From Octopus vulgaris (Eukaryota), in assembly GCA_951406725.2 (NCBI GenBank), contig OX597831.1, forward strand, positions 61,132,001 through 61,196,000: a DNA stretch of 64,000 nt, written 5' to 3'. Both the position numbers and the translations under genes were made by a program. Numbering within the stretch: position 1 is the first letter of the stretch; each line of letters starts with the position of its first letter. Positions 40,867 through 55,301 of this stretch are shown here, piece after piece. The notes under the pieces are model-generated. The model ran no database searches. It was given only the letters and a program-made list of their open reading frames with translations, and was not told the DNA's origin.

Positions 40867-42754
40867 CTGATTTTTCTCATTTAGAATAGAGGTGTCGATA
40901 AAGTAAAGTACCACTCAAATAGTGGGGTCGACGGTATCGATTACACTTCTCCTTTCACATTTGCTTGCACCGTGCCTACATTAGAAACCCTTATTGCAGT
41001 AGGTGATTGGGCTAAGTGATATTACAAAGATCAGAAACGTCTATCTACAGTCTGAGAAACGTCTACATACAGTTAGAGATAAATTTACTTTTTATCGTGA
41101 ATGATCCAGTAAAATTTACTAATATAGTCACAGTTACTTTATTTTCATATAACTCACATCTATTGCTGACCTTCTGTTAAAGTCATAAAGATATTAATAA
41201 TTCTTCTCTACTTCTAATATTATTTGTTTTATTCGCTTTTTCCCTCCTTATACATATTACAATACCGAAGACGTTATTGTGGCAAGTAGAAAATATACAT
41301 CCATTCTTGTTATGTAGATTCCTTGTATTAGACTTCCTTCCCCACCACCACCACATTTCTCGTTTCTTACATATTGGATTCCTACAGACAGAATGAGAAA
41401 TTGTAATCATTTGAATTCTAGATGATATTGACTGAGCGTCTCCACTTCATGCAAATACTGTTAATAGTAACCACAAGTGCATCAGTCATGTACAAAATCT
41501 CAGTATGTTTATATTCATGCTGAAAGTTTGAAACATGAGAAATGTTTCGCCTGTGTAGGAAGAATTAGGTATTTTATCAATTCCAATTAGAATTAATTTA
41601 AAAAAAAAAAAATAAATAAATTATAAATAAAGGTTATAAATTTCTTATGCAAGCTCGAACACAGAACGTAATTATCTTGAAAGGAAAAAATGCTTTTCCT
41701 TATAAAGTTTTCTGGTTAGAACATTTTTATGTGCGTTTGATAGTAAATGATATTAATCAATTTAAATAATTACATTTTTCTTCTTTTGAGAAGAAAAAAT
41801 ACATCCATGCTATTTTTCATTCCTTTGGTCAATAAGAATTTCTACCAATGATAAATTGAGAGGTGCCAATATCATTCTTCTAATCGGGTGACAGAGAACC
41901 ATTCAGAAGGATAAATACAATGTATGAAATAAAATTTTATTTGGGGAAAAACATAGATGATTCATCTGGGAACAATAAGGTGTGGAGACGGAACAATATG
42001 GTGCGAATGGAATAAATTGCTTCTGGGAAATTTTATATTAAGGGAAAAATCCATTTATAAAATAAAATATTTCAAAACTTGCAGCAATATTTTGCAGCAA
42101 AATGTCAGATAGTAAAGTTTCTTATATTTAATAAAAAAAGACAAATTTATAGTTGTTTCATTGATGTACTAAAATATGTATGGAGCAACCGTAGTTTATA
42201 CTGACATTGCTTAACTACTAATACACCTCTCTCTCTCTTTCTTTCGTTCTCTCTCGCTTCAAATCACCCAACGGCAACCAGCCAGAAAATGTCTTTGATA
42301 TGTTGTAAGAATGGAAAAATTATATTTTCTTATGGTTAAGTTCCAAACTTTGAAATCGAATTCTCATGTAAAATAGTGCTTTGTGTATCTAGACAACAGA
42401 GCTTTAGCCTGAAACGTTGAAACGAAGGGCAGAATGAAATATAAGTCGTTCACAGACATATCTTTTTACATTAGTCGCTTTTTACACTAGTCACTTGATG
42501 CATTTGGCCACTGGCTTGCCGCCCCCTTCTCTGTTAGTTACGACAAATAGGTTGCATTTGTACACGAATTCTGGCAGCAGAGCAGGTGATGCAGCATATA
42601 TCGGTGTCTTGTTTCTGTGGCAATGCTTTTGCGATCCTGTCCGTGAGGTGTAGATAAAATTTGTTGTTCAACAGCTGTGGAGATTGTTTACTTTTGTCTT
42701 TCGATTGCACGTTTCCGATATATATTAGTTGAAAGAAATTAGTAGTATTACCCT

Positions 42755-42980
42755 TTACTCTCTTTTACTCTTTTACTTGTTTCAGTCATTTGACTGTGAC
42801 CATGCTGGAGCACCGCCTTTAGTCTAGCAAATCGACCTCAGGACTTATTCTTTGTAAGCCTAGTAGTTATTCTAGCGGTCTCTTTTGCCGAACCACTAAG
42901 TTAATGTGGCATAAACACACCAGCATCGGTTGTCAAGCAATGCTGGGGGGACAAACACAGACACACAAACACACACACAG

Positions 42981-43045
<65 letters not shown>

Positions 43046-43270
43046 CCCCAGCATGGCCACAGCTCATTAGCTGAAACTGGAAAAATCAAAATCAAAATCA
43101 TATATATATATACATATATACGACAGGCTTCTTTCAGTTTCCGTCTACCAAATCCACTCACAAGTCTTTGGTCGGCCTGAAGCTATAGTAGAAGACACTT
43201 GCCCAAGGTGCCACGCAGTGGGACTGAACCCAGAAACCATGTTGTATGTAAATAAGCTACTTACCACACA
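42755..43270 (-). mobile_element. Dominant SINE with a nested CR1-like LINE 3' tip (43043-43100, +)
   Basis: Family sequence; insert GTGCCCCAGCATGGCCACAGCTC..AGCTGAAACTGG+(AAAATC)n matches the rc of 6792-6846. Confidence 0.88.
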
Positions 43271-44254
43271 TGCTTATGTTATGTAAAAAGACAAACAGAC
43301 TTAGTGTCATTCATAAATACTAACTGGCAACATTCAGAACCAGATATGTAATGCAAAACCAAATAACATGTCCGATATTATGAATAATCCCAATGTGGGG
43401 GGACGGAAAAAAAGAAATTCATCATGTGTGTGTGTACGTGTTTGTGCGCGTGTGTGTGTTTGCGTGTGTGTGCGCATGTGTGTGTCTTTGTGCCTGCGTT
43501 TGTTCACCACAACCGCTTGACAACCGGTGTTAATTTTGTTAACGTCTTCATAACAACGTTTCGGCAAAAAAGAGTGATAGATAAGTATCGGGCTCAATTG
43601 ATATATTACTTGGATCGATTCGTATGACTATAATTCTCCAAGGAATTATTGTCATATGAAAGAACCATCATCTAACCCAAGGAAAACAGAGGAAACCGAT
43701 GGAAGATGCTGCGCTCAGCGTAAACTGGTTTTCTAACGAAGTAGTCCTCTCAAGAAGACATCATATATCAAACGTTAAAGTGTGCTTTCCTCCCAGGAAC
43801 AAGGACATGGAGTCTTTCTCGATGGAGAGCAAGGTAAGTGAGCTTCCCTCAAAGCAGTTGGATGTGAATCAATAGACTGAGTGAAGTTGTCATATAAAAT
43901 ATTGCCTTGACTGTGCAATATATCCCAGTCGAAAGTGAACTGATTCCAACTGTTCCATGTAGGAACAAGAGACAGAAGTTGCGTAAATTTATGCGTTTCT
44001 TTTCTGTAATTTGCAATGTTGAAAGTGTTATTCTCTAGAAAAAGTAACTGATCTTTAGCAATATCAATATTAAATAGTTGGCGCTATTTAGACGTACTTG
44101 GAGTATTGTGTTTGATGAATAAAAAAAATTACTGGCTATAATCTTAGAAATGATTACTTTGAACGGGAGATTGAACAAGCACCAGCTATTTGCTCTCACA
44201 CTATCTCTGTTCTTCCCTCTATTTTTCTCTCATTTATATATATACATATGTATG

Positions 44255-44289
<35 letters not shown>

Positions 44290-44294
<5 letters not shown>

Positions 44295-45370
44295 CTATTG
44301 CGTCTCTTGCTCTCTCTCTGCCATTCCCTGTACATCGGACAAACGGGACGCCGCTTGGCTGACCGGTTCGCGGAACACCTTCGTGACATCCGCCTTGCGA
44401 ACGACACACCGGTCTCACGCCATTTCCGCTCCACCGGTCACTCCTTGCAACACCTGTCTGTGTTCGGTTTGTCCTTACACAGAGGCCATCCGGATTCCCG
44501 TTTGCGCCGTGAACAAGAATTAATCTTCTCTCTTCGCTCTTATACGCCATTTGGTCTCAACTCTCCTCCCTCCCCATCTAACCCCCTCTCCCCCTCCTCA
44601 TCTAACCTCCCCCGACCCCTACTTCTCTTCAGTCCTTCATCCTTTCATCCCTACTCCTCTTCCCTTCTTCCCTCTTTCTCCTTCCCTCTTTCTCCCGTCC
44701 TTCCTTCTTCCCTCTTCCCCTTCCCTCTGCTCCCTCACTCGCCTTCTCCCTCTCTCCCCCTCTCCCTCTGTCCTCCCTCCTCCCCTCTCTCCTCCCCTCC
44801 CTCCTCCCCTCCCTCCTCCCCTCCTCTCCCCTCCTCCCCTTCCTTCTCCCCCTTCCCCCTCCCCCTCCTCTTCTCCCCTTTCCTTCTCCCCTCTTCTCCC
44901 CTTTCTTTCTCCCCCTCCCCATCCCCCTCTTCTCCTCTCTCTACACTACATCATATGACTTTACACATCACATCATATATACATACACACGTCCAGACCT
45001 CTCATACGCACGAATACTCTCTCATACACACACACACACTCTATCATACACACACACACTCTTCTCATACACACACACACACTCTTATGTTGGAGTTAGG
45101 TCATTCAACCCTATTATCTCCCCTAATTTCGCTCTTGCGTCTCATGTTTGATCTTTGACTTCTGGCCGAAATCAGATCGCCATGTTGATTCGCTAGCTTC
45201 TGCACGAAAAAAATTTTGTTCTCTCCTTCTTTCTGTGTTTTTTCTCTGTGTAGACTCGAAACGTTAAAGACTTGTTTTATTTATATTTCCTGAGCGCCAT
45301 ACTAATACAATTATTTGTTTGTATTCCACCTGCCTTCGTCTTTTGTCTATTTTCATAAAGCTTCCCGTTA
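44290..45370 (+). mobile_element. Penelope-like element 3' part: GIY-YIG endonuclease fragment, CT-rich tract, terminal repeat
   Basis: IIYCVSCSL/CHSLYIGQTGRRLADRFAEH...VSRHF...H...RLRREQELIFSLRSYTPFGLN is a PLE GIY-YIG domain; terminus homologous to the 1010 and 20823 copies. Confidence 0.92.
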
Positions 45371-45371
45371 C

Positions 45372-45466
<95 letters not shown>

Positions 45467-45508
45467 TATATGCATACATATACATATACATATATACATA
45501 CATGTGTA

Positions 45509-45851
45509 TATTAATAGTTATTGCCAAGCTAACATGACAGTCCAGAAAAATAGGACGAATGCTGCCGTTGATCAGCTCCAAGAGGCCATCGCCTCTAGCT
45601 AGTTATGTGACTAACAAACCTGTGTCCTTTGTAACCTTCGAACAAGAGAAGATATCAGCTTCCCCAACTAGTCTGTGGGTGTTTGAACCAGCATGGGGAA
45701 ACTGTTCACCTTCCGTGTTTAAAGGTCGTAATGGACATAGGTTTGTGTGTCACATAGCTAGCTAGAGTCGATGACCTCTTGGAGCTAATCAACGGCAGCA
45801 TTCGTCCTATTTTTCTGGACTGCCATGTTAGCTTGGCGATAACTGTTAATA
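45509..45851. mobile_element. MITE with ~130-bp inverted arms
   Basis: TATTAATAGTTATTGCCAAGCTAACATG..CAGTCCAGAAAAATAGGACGAATGCTGCCGTTGAT mirrored at 45787-45851. Confidence 0.88.
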
Positions 45852-45914
45852 CCCAGTACTGCGTAATCTCTTTTAGAGAGATTTAGAAATAATGATATTT
45901 CTATACATATATGT

Positions 45915-46006
<92 letters not shown>

Positions 46007-46829
46007 GCATCCCCAACATGTATCTGCACGTATGTACGTACGTATTAGAGTGCTAGATAGACAGTGAGATCTTGGAATTTCAACGAAGCCGACTTTGTCC
46101 TTTGCCTTTTCGAGCTAGGTAACTAAATATCAATCCAAGGCAAGAAATTGGAAAAAGTGTCAGGACGTTAAAGGCGATAACCTACGCTGTCTGCTCTTTG
46201 CTTTTGCAGTTCATAGACTCCAACCCTTTTCATAGTTTCGTCAATAATAGCTTCTTTGCTGCAGGCATCAAATTGAGTTAAAGTAAAAGACGAAACGACA
46301 GTGAGCACATAAAACTAATATTGTATAAGTACTTACGTTTCCATGCATGTTGATGTTATAGCAAGTGTTCTTTTTGTTAACACACACACGCTGCACACGA
46401 TGAAGCACACATATTTATATACATAGATACATTTGTAGACACACATACATGTATTCACATTGATCCCCACACACACGAACACATGTAAAATACGTGTAGC
46501 ACTGGTGTTGTCATTATCAGTTGTCTTTCCTTGTTTCAAAACTTCAGCATGAATATAAACATACTGAGTTGTGGTTATGCCGTTATCCGAATGATCATCG
46601 GCTACTGATTTCCTTATGACTTACAAGTGAAATTTAGTAAATTTGCATTATACAGGAGGAATTCATATAAAGACAAATATACATAAATCTATATGTATGC
46701 ATGTCTTGTATCTGACCGATCGAAGAAGTGTAAGACGGACATTTGATTGCTTAACACTGTCGAATTTTTTACTGACGACGTTTGCAACGTTATACTTTTT
46801 TACCCACTGCTAAACTGCACAGGACAAGT

Positions 46830-46990
46830 TCTTCACTAACTTTACACAAGCTGTGCTGGTGCTCATGAAAAGGGAAAGAAATTCAATATGTTGGAGAAAG
46901 TTGTTGTTAATGTCCGACTCGACCATACTTAAGATGGTTGAAATGAGAAGACGATAATTCGCTGGGTCAGAGTTATTTCCATTATTGAGA
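46830..46990 (-). mobile_element. Old LINE RT fragment
   Basis: NSDPANYRLLISTILSMVESDINNNFLQHIE resembles DP.NYRPISL...LSK..E..I...L..HLE. Confidence 0.65.
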
Positions 46991-47489
46991 CCTAAACACA
47001 TTCTAGTCTTTGTATATACAAGAGTATACTCTTGTATAGAAATAGTGGAATGTTTGACAGACATAAGATATACCTCTGGAGTGTATTATTTGAGGGTAAT
47101 GGAAGATATATTGGTGAATTAAAGTGACAGAAGGTGATTTTGCACTTGATAAGTATATTTGAATTTTGGTGGGCCTAATGGAGTCGTAACAGATACTTAT
47201 AAAGATGATTTAATCTAGTGTGTTCAATGTGAACTTGGATGCAAACCAACATCAAATGTAGATGATTTCTCCAAGGGATCCTTGCCTAGAAAACATGCCA
47301 CACTTAAGAAGTAAAATGAAGGAGGATTCCGTAAAATTAGTAGAGACACTTTTAGCATTGAACCACAAGATGCTTTGCAGTTCGGGTGGAGTGCTTGAGG
47401 ACTGCGGTATCACAGAAGAATGTTTACTGTTCGGATGACTTTGCTACTCAGATATTTTCATAATAATGGTATATTCTGAAATGTATATA

Positions 47490-47861
47490 CAAGCAAAACG
47501 CCCCCGTCCAATGGACGGTGCTGAGTTGTCAAATATTTAAACCAGATTTTCTCAAAACAACTTGTCCAACCGTCCCATAAGCCTCCCCTTTGAGAAACAC
47601 CGATTTAAGCTAAATTTGAGACACCAGCAAACGAAGAAATAAAGATAGACTTTTTCTATTCCAAGAAAAACGATTTTACAAATGCACATTCCCACGGCTT
47701 TATCGATCGCATTCTGACCTGGAATCGATATTTGTAATTTTTGCAAGACCTATACACGCTCTGATACCGTCGGTATCTACATATCAAATTTGAGCGCAAT
47801 CGGATGGAGGATGCCCGAGATCCTAGAAAACACACACACAGAACGAATTTTATATAATAGA
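47490..47861 (-). mobile_element. Complete non-autonomous Helitron
   Basis: Minus strand A|TCTATTATATAAAA...TGTGTGTG start; 3' hairpin CCGTCC-ATT-GGACGG then CTTG|T (variant of CTRR). Confidence 0.75.
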
Positions 47862-48329
47862 TATATATGTGTGTTTGTGTGGGGTTGTATCTGAAAATAA
47901 ACCATATGCTCCAGTGTTGAAATATAAGACTGGTTTTCTTGTAAAATATTCATTAGAATATAGACATGTGAGGGTATATTTATTGCATTCCCAGCGCTGT
48001 TGAATCCCATTCAGTTTCAATGCAGCTTGAGCCGTAAACTAAACTCTCGTCAGAATCATTTCAGATTCGTTCATATGTAAAGTCAGCTGCCGGTACAGTA
48101 TTGGCAATAAGGGTGCGCTAGCCTGTTGGTATTTTAATCTATCACTATCACCGTAGTTCTTAATGTATGTACAGCAAGTGAAATGTTCATCTAATGCACG
48201 GTATCGTCCCCAAAGTCTATCCCTTCCTCACCGTGGTGGGGACGCTGGCAACGGGTAGTGTGAGAGCAATGCCGTCAGGAACTTCGGTTCCTGGTAGGGC
48301 CACCCAAGCCAGATTGGTCGGACACCGAG

Positions 48330-48599
48330 TAGTATTAGGGCCACAACTCGGCAGACGGGGCTCTGGTGAAAATCCTCGGCATGTCCGTTTCGGCAACCAG
48401 CGGCTCCTCGGTCGTTCTGTCCCTGCGTCTGGGGCAAACGGGATGTCTCTACATGCGGGATTGTTGGGGACCGCTGGTGAAATTCATATTCCCACGAAAC
48501 TTCTCCCACTGCCATGGTTCGAGATGCCTCAAGGGTGGTGGAAGAGGCCGACTCAACCCACCCAGGGTGAATGTCGCTACAAGTACAAGTAAGTAAGTA
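48330..48599 (+). mobile_element. Degenerate RTE-like LINE 3' end
   Basis: Frameshifted LVKILG...VS/NQRLL and PQGWWKRP resemble RTE LRRILG..VSN.RLL and P.GW.RPRGRP; (AAGT)n tail. Confidence 0.5.
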
Positions 48600-50708
48600 T
48601 CGTCCATGATGTGAACGGCAATGTTCATACACTTCTGAAAAAAAATACAGATTATGCGTGGATTGTTACAGTAGTTTACCTACCGAGTTTCATAAAAGTG
48701 AATGAAGATGCTCATAAAGTTATTTGATATTAACAGAAATGGTTTCCCCTATTCCTTGTGTACATTAGATTTCTAAGTAATTTTTGGAGCTCCACTGTAT
48801 TAATCTTATTTCCGAATGTTGGATTTGTTGGTAAATATTTCATGTAATTCAAGCTAATCATCATCTGGATTTTCTCAGCAGCGATATCTTATGATACACA
48901 GTTGATATTTTACTGATTACGGTGGATGTTTTCTCCCCAATCTCATAAGATTATCAAAAACATTTTCTATAAATAAGCCCATATATTGTAGAAAGGAACG
49001 CATTCAAATTGGATTAAATCCAATATATACCTGATAATTAATTAATTAAAACCAAAGATAACTTTCATTACTGTTGAATCCAGGATGTAGAGAAATTAAA
49101 ATAAAAATTACAAACAATTTTGGCGATTCGTCAATCTCTTTCCTAAAACTTTATTAACTTTCTACACGAGCACTTGCGTGTGGAAGAAAATATATCTGAT
49201 AAAATAAGCAGTGGATATGCCTTATGCTTAACAAATGAAATTTGGAAGGCTGAAGAAAAAACGTTTACAATTCAAAAATTTGGTGAGTCATGCTTTCAGA
49301 TTTCAAACTTGTATCCGTCGCTCCCATGTTTAAAAATGTAAAATATTTGGTTGTTATATACTGAATGTTAAATGATGACATAGAGGACATCTTATTCGCT
49401 CGAGATCAAGAAAAAACTATGAAGAATGCTAATTACTTGTTCAGTCAACTACTTTGCTTGTTTAGTGTCTGTTTAAATAAAATATTGCAATATATTTACT
49501 CTGACATTGTATTACTTATGCCCCAATCTAATTTATTCAATTAAAAACTGAACATTATGATATCCATCTAATTTATTCACTTGCAAGCTAACTGAACAGC
49601 AATTTTCAAACGGAAGGAAGACGCAAACAAAATTATGGACATTATTCACAAGCAAAACAGCTTTCTCCCAATGATGCAGTAATTACCATATAACTTCTAA
49701 TTTAAATGAATTAGTTATTGACACCGCTATTCATATCAATCTACTTTGCGTTTGCCTAAGTTTTTGACATTCATGAGAACTGGTAAGAGCATATGGATTT
49801 CTGAATGTGTTTCTAAGTGGATTGGAGAAATATGTCGCATATATTGTCGTATGTGTTCCAGCGTTCTTTGAATTTCTGTATTGTTTTATTTATATTACTA
49901 TGACATTTACAAATTATCATAAAAGCAAACGGAATAGAATAACGATCACTTTCCAAAGATTTTAATGGGTTTTATCTAACGAATGCAAATCATTATTATG
50001 GAATAGTTTTCCTTGGGGCAAATGACCTAAGGGTTAAACAAATATTTGTTTGAATTTGCTTTTAGGAAATTTAATGAACCTAGGTCAGTCAGAGGAATAT
50101 TCTAAATAACCCCGGTTTAATGCATTTTATACTCATTTGAAAACTAAATGTAAATTATTGCAATATGAACAAAACCAAAACGATCTATGACGTAAAGACA
50201 AAGAATTATTCTTTAAACAATGAAAATATGCTAAAAACACCAAAAAAATCTATAGCGCTGGTGCAAGTGGGAGTGTGTGGATGACTGTGTTACAACAAAG
50301 CTAACTCAGAACGCATTTATAGTAAATATATTATGAAAACTGAATGATCTTTAGAAAATAAAAATATTACATATCAGAAAACTCAATAAAATATGCTTAA
50401 GATGATTTCAATAGTAAAGGTGTGCATACATAATTCACAGAAAACTTCAAATATATTTCAGTACAAAACCGTCCAAAACTTAGTGAATTTTGTCTAATAG
50501 TTTCAGGAGTGGAGCAGCTTGTCCTTATTTTGAATACGTAGGATGTGTAGAAATATAGTTATAACATGAAACTAATTTAGGGATGGCATAAAAATTTTCT
50601 TGTTTATTGACGAAAGTCTATTCTATTTAGACTACTTCCTCTGCCGGTTTGACAGCTAACATACCTGCTTACTTGCTAGAGTTATGTTCAATATATAATC
50701 TAATATAA

Positions 50709-50772
<64 letters not shown>

Positions 50773-52053
50773 ATATATATGTATGTATATATATATATAT
50801 ACATATTGAATATAACTCTCTCTCCCTCTTACTCTTTATATATGTGTGTGTGCATGTATATATATATGTATGTGTGTGTGTGTGTGTGTTCTTATGCATG
50901 TATATCACATTTAACATTGTCCCTAAACTAATTATTTCCAAAGAATATTTATATTTTCATAAGTTGTAATTACATTTGAAATTGCATTTACCTATTTTAT
51001 TAGTAAAATTTCTCTATTTACAAATAAGCCATTCGTTTTTGTTTGTTTGTTTTTTTGCGGGGGGGGGGGCTTTTTTGTATCTTAATAACATTTAAACTTC
51101 CTAACATTAATAATTTCTAATATACAGAACAAACCGAGTGAACAGCCTAAGAAAAGCACGGTATTTCTTCGTTTTACGATTCTTAATCAATTTGATTATA
51201 TATTCTCTTAGTTGGACCACGCTGTTTACATGATACGCCGGAATGTAATCAAAGTATATCATATTTGGAATCAAATCAAGTCCAAATCAAATCAAGTGTA
51301 AACCAAATGGATGTTTGCATACGTTTAAGTGCAGGGATTCTTGTCGAAGAACTATTCTTAATATATATATATGTGTGTGTGTGTGTGTGTATGTATATGT
51401 ATAAATGATATAACCGTATATATATCATAAAACATAGGAAATATATGTAATGAGTAACTTAAATTGCCTAAGGTTTCCATAATCACCTCATCAATGTATT
51501 CTGCAAGAATACAACAATGCATATTAGCAGGAAGCCAACGTAGAGATACAAGACTAGTTTCATTACATAATACGTACTTGTCAACGGACGCATATTAAAT
51601 CACACCTAGATATTAAGAACCCATTACGTTGTACAGACACCAAAAGGACAGAGATCAAAGACTGATTTATGATTTTTTCTATCATTGGTTTCCAACCATT
51701 TTAGGTACAAACAAATGCGGATAGGAAATATTTGTATAAAGAAGTCCTTTACTTTCTCTCTAAACAGAGTAGAATTGTACGTGCTTTATTCTGCACTGAA
51801 TCACAATATATAAAGCGTATTAATATTAAGACTTATTGGTGCATTAATAGTGTTCTATTGCAATGCTCTACTCTGATACGGGCTATATTATTAGGTGTTT
51901 GCCAACACTGCATGTTATACACATGTATCTTCATCTACACGGCTTTTATACATAGATACACGATTTTAACTGTTATATACAGGGTTGGTTTAAACCTGGA
52001 GATCTACTTTGTAGCATCAAGAATATAGAGACAATGCAAATGGTTACGTATAA

Positions 52054-52275
52054 GGCGGCGAACTGGAAGAAATGTTAGCACACCGGGCGAAATGCTTAGC
52101 GGCGTTTCGTCTGCCGTTACATTCTGAGTTCAAATTCCGCCGAGGTCGACTTTCCCTTTCATCCTTTCGGGGTCGATAAATCAAGTACCAGTAACGCCCT
52201 GGGGTCGATGTATTCCGTTTGTCTGTCCGTGTTTGTCCTCTCTGTAGTTAGCCCCTTGTGGGTAGTAAAGAAATA
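52054..52275 (+). mobile_element. Full-length SINE
   Basis: GGCGGCGAACTGGAAGAAATGTTAGCAC...GAGTTCAAATTCC (B box)...CCCTTGTGGGTAGTAAAGAAATA. Confidence 0.9.
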
Positions 52276-53659
52276 GGTTGAGTATCTAGATTATTAAAGT
52301 GGGTCGTTGGAGTGGGTCGATGATTTCTAGTGTGCCACGTTTAATATAATGTATGTTGCTTAAAGAAAAGGCTTGGTTTCCGGTTGCAGTAAATAAGCAG
52401 GTAAAAGTAATTTCATAAAACAGCGAGAGATCTGTGCAAGTGATATTTTAGTTACTTGCACAAATGTCTTCCAGTCCACCGATGGCTACTAGATTCCATC
52501 CCCAAATCAGAAGATTCGTCGCTACATGATCGTTCGTTATCCAAGAAAGAGCTGCAAAAATGTCCCACATATTGCATGCTACCGTTTTAATAAAGGAAAT
52601 ATTTACTCGATAATATATCATGAATACATTACATTTAAAATATAAATATGTGATGGCCAATGCTGATACACTTCAATAGAGCTACCTTGTGGTTAAGCAA
52701 CAGCAACTTAGAAATATATAACCTTACAATCTCAAATGCCATGCAGAAACTTTAATAAGACATTTGTAATATGCATTTATATTTCTTTGGTCAGCACTGG
52801 AACGGCTGAGTTACCGTGTTCTACAAACATTATTCAAGTAAATATTGTCTCTTTCCCCCTTGTTACAGTGTCTTTGCTATCAATCAGTCCTAATCGAGCT
52901 GACTTATCGAAGACGTCTCAGTTCTAACATTCCCATATTTTTTTCTTTAATATAGTTCATCTGGGGCTCCATTATTTAATCACAATATATAAGTCTCTTG
53001 GCTTTCAAGGTAGCAGGGTTTGGTTTGAAGTAAGACTTTACTGCTATATCTCGTAGTTTGTGCAACGATATAGTGACTGCCGAATTGGATTGTGCAGATG
53101 AAGTGCTGCATCGGGAAATACGTGAGAAGAATCTTCAATCTATCTTCTCTCCCTATTGCTAGCATGAAGTAGGTACTGCTACGAGCATCATACACATAAT
53201 TGCTTGAAAACAAATCACTAAAACGCTGCAAAAAGAGATAAAATATAATTTGTGTTACATCATCTTACAGTATATTCTCTGTTGGTGCAATTCCAGTTCC
53301 AGATTACATATATGGATTCACAATCAATGCTTGAATCTTTTCAACAATGAGCAACGTCACATTTTTAAAGAAGTGTAAAATACCATCAGAGATTTTCAGC
53401 AAAAATCTTTACTGTATAGGGGTTCTGATAACTGAGTGACATTTGCTTTAAAATAGTACCACTTGCTGATTTTTTCACATATAACTTTCTATCTATCTGC
53501 CTGTCTATCTGTCTGTTTATCTATTCCTATCAATACGCACACATATACACTTACATATACATATATATGTATGTATACATGTATGCATACACACGCATAT
53601 ATATGTATATGCATACACACATACATATAAGTGTATAAATGTATGTATATATTATTGAA

Positions 53660-53990
53660 AGCAAATGTCTCAGAGATTAGAGCGTCGGGATCACAATCAC
53701 GAGGCAGTAAGTTCGATTCTAGGACCGAGTTGTGTGTTGTGTTCTTGAGCAAGACACTTTATTTCACGTTGCTCCAGATCACCCAGCTGTCGAAATAGGT
53801 TGCGACGTCACTGGTACCAAGCTGTATCGGCCTTTGCATTTCCCTTGGATAACATCAGTGGCGTTGAGAGGTGAGACTGGTATGCATGGGTGACTGCTGG
53901 TCTTCCATAAACAACCTTCCCCAGATTTGTGCCTCAGAGGATAATGTTCTAGGTTCAATCCCATGGTCATCCATTACCGAAGGGTATCTT
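53660..53990 (+). mobile_element. Diverged tRNA-derived SINE
   Basis: AGTTCGATTC B box; CTTGAGCAAGACACTTTATTTCACGTTGCTCCAG shared with 1-207. Confidence 0.75.
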
Positions 53991-54013
53991 TAGCCTATGT
54001 ATGTTTGTATGTA

Positions 54014-54388
54014 TACGAGGTACAATCAAAAATATCTGACTATTTTTTCCGGGTACAATACTTTGCATGAGAGGTGACGCTACCATTCTTTCGCATGCAT
54101 GAACATTTTCACCGTAGTAAGCCGTGTCAGTTCTCGGCTTGCACCAAGAATACAAATGTGTAGCGCGCACCCATCAGATTTTCGTTTTTATTGAATGCAT
54201 CAAACAGAGATACTACATCAACTTTTTACGAAAAGCTTGCAGAAGATTCAAACCATCCAGAAGATTCGACAGATCTTTGGTGATAATGTTCTGAGCAAAC
54301 CCACATCAATAAATGGTACAAACGCTTCAAACATTGCCGTTCCACAGTGGGAGACGAAGCCATGCTCAGACAGGATATCCACAAGCTT
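54014..54388 (+). mobile_element. mariner 5' end with degenerate transposase N-terminus
   Basis: TACGAGG start; frameshifted QRYYINF...TIQKIRQIFGDNVLS...KWYKRFK...PCSDRISTS (mariner HTH region). Confidence 0.75.
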
Positions 54389-55070
54389 TGTTTAGTACCA
54401 CACCTAAATAATATGTACGTTCCATTTACCAGGAATGTGTTCGGTTTGTAAATTTCTCTATCTAGTAGTTTTACACCGCTTCACATAGTGGGTATTTAAG
54501 CAATGTGTCTGTAGATAGTCAATGGGTTGAATGTGGTGCTGATCAAGGAGCAATAATTCCTGAAATATGTATATACACCCAATATCTACTTTTTGTAGCT
54601 TCGATCGCACTGCTTACGTAGTCGTATTCATGTACGAAACCTCGTCTTTTAGTAGTGCCTCTAAATTTTAGAGTAAATTTTATAGTAAATTTTATAGTAA
54701 ATTTGTAGGTATTACTTAAAACATTTTGTATCGCACTGCAAACAAAAAAGTAGGACACTGTCTTGACTTATCATCTATCTGTATACATGCATGTGTGTAT
54801 GTTGTGAATGTGTCCACCAGTGCATATATCATGACCGCTTCAATTTCGTCAGCAAAACTATTCGTTCATTGAATACGTGAACTGCATACGCCATTTATCA
54901 AAAAAAGCTACCAGATAAGTTTAACCGAGAAACACATTATCGTGATGCAACACTTCAAAGTGATGATCTATATATTGGAAATTCTCCCCCTTGACAGACA
55001 GACCAATAAATACCAATTAAAATAGGCTTTTAAGTACAACCCAATTATGCACCATTATATATCTCATATG

Positions 55071-55301
55071 GGCGGCGAGCTGGCAGAAACGTTAGCACGC
55101 CGGGCGAAATGCGTAGCCGTATTTCGTCTGCCGTTACGTTCTGAGTTCAAATTCCGCCGAGGTCGAATTTGCCTTTCATCTTTTCGGGTTCGATAAATTT
55201 AGTACCAGTTACGCACTGAGGTCGATGTAATCGACTTAATCCGTTTGTCTGTTCTTGTTTGTCCCCTCTGTGTTTAGCCCCTTGTGGGTAGTAAAGAAAT
55301 A
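55071..55301 (+). mobile_element. Full-length SINE with 14-bp TSD
   Basis: GGCGGCGAGCTGGCAGAAACGTTAGCAC start; TSD TATATATCTCATAT at 55056-55069 and 55304-55317. Confidence 0.92.

Noticed and set aside
44190-45158. 322-aa ORF as an intact gene
   Set aside because: Chimera of a (TA)n tract, a ~80-aa GIY-YIG fragment and a CT-rich tract
41500-46570. ~37-bp inverted match (41500-41535 vs 46532-46568) as TIRs of a 5-kb transposon
   Set aside because: No TSD or transposase seen; more likely a short dispersed repeat
48194-48632. GC-rich overlapping ORFs as a host exon, with GTAAGT as a donor
   Set aside because: Better explained as a decayed RTE-like 3' end with an (AAGT)n tail
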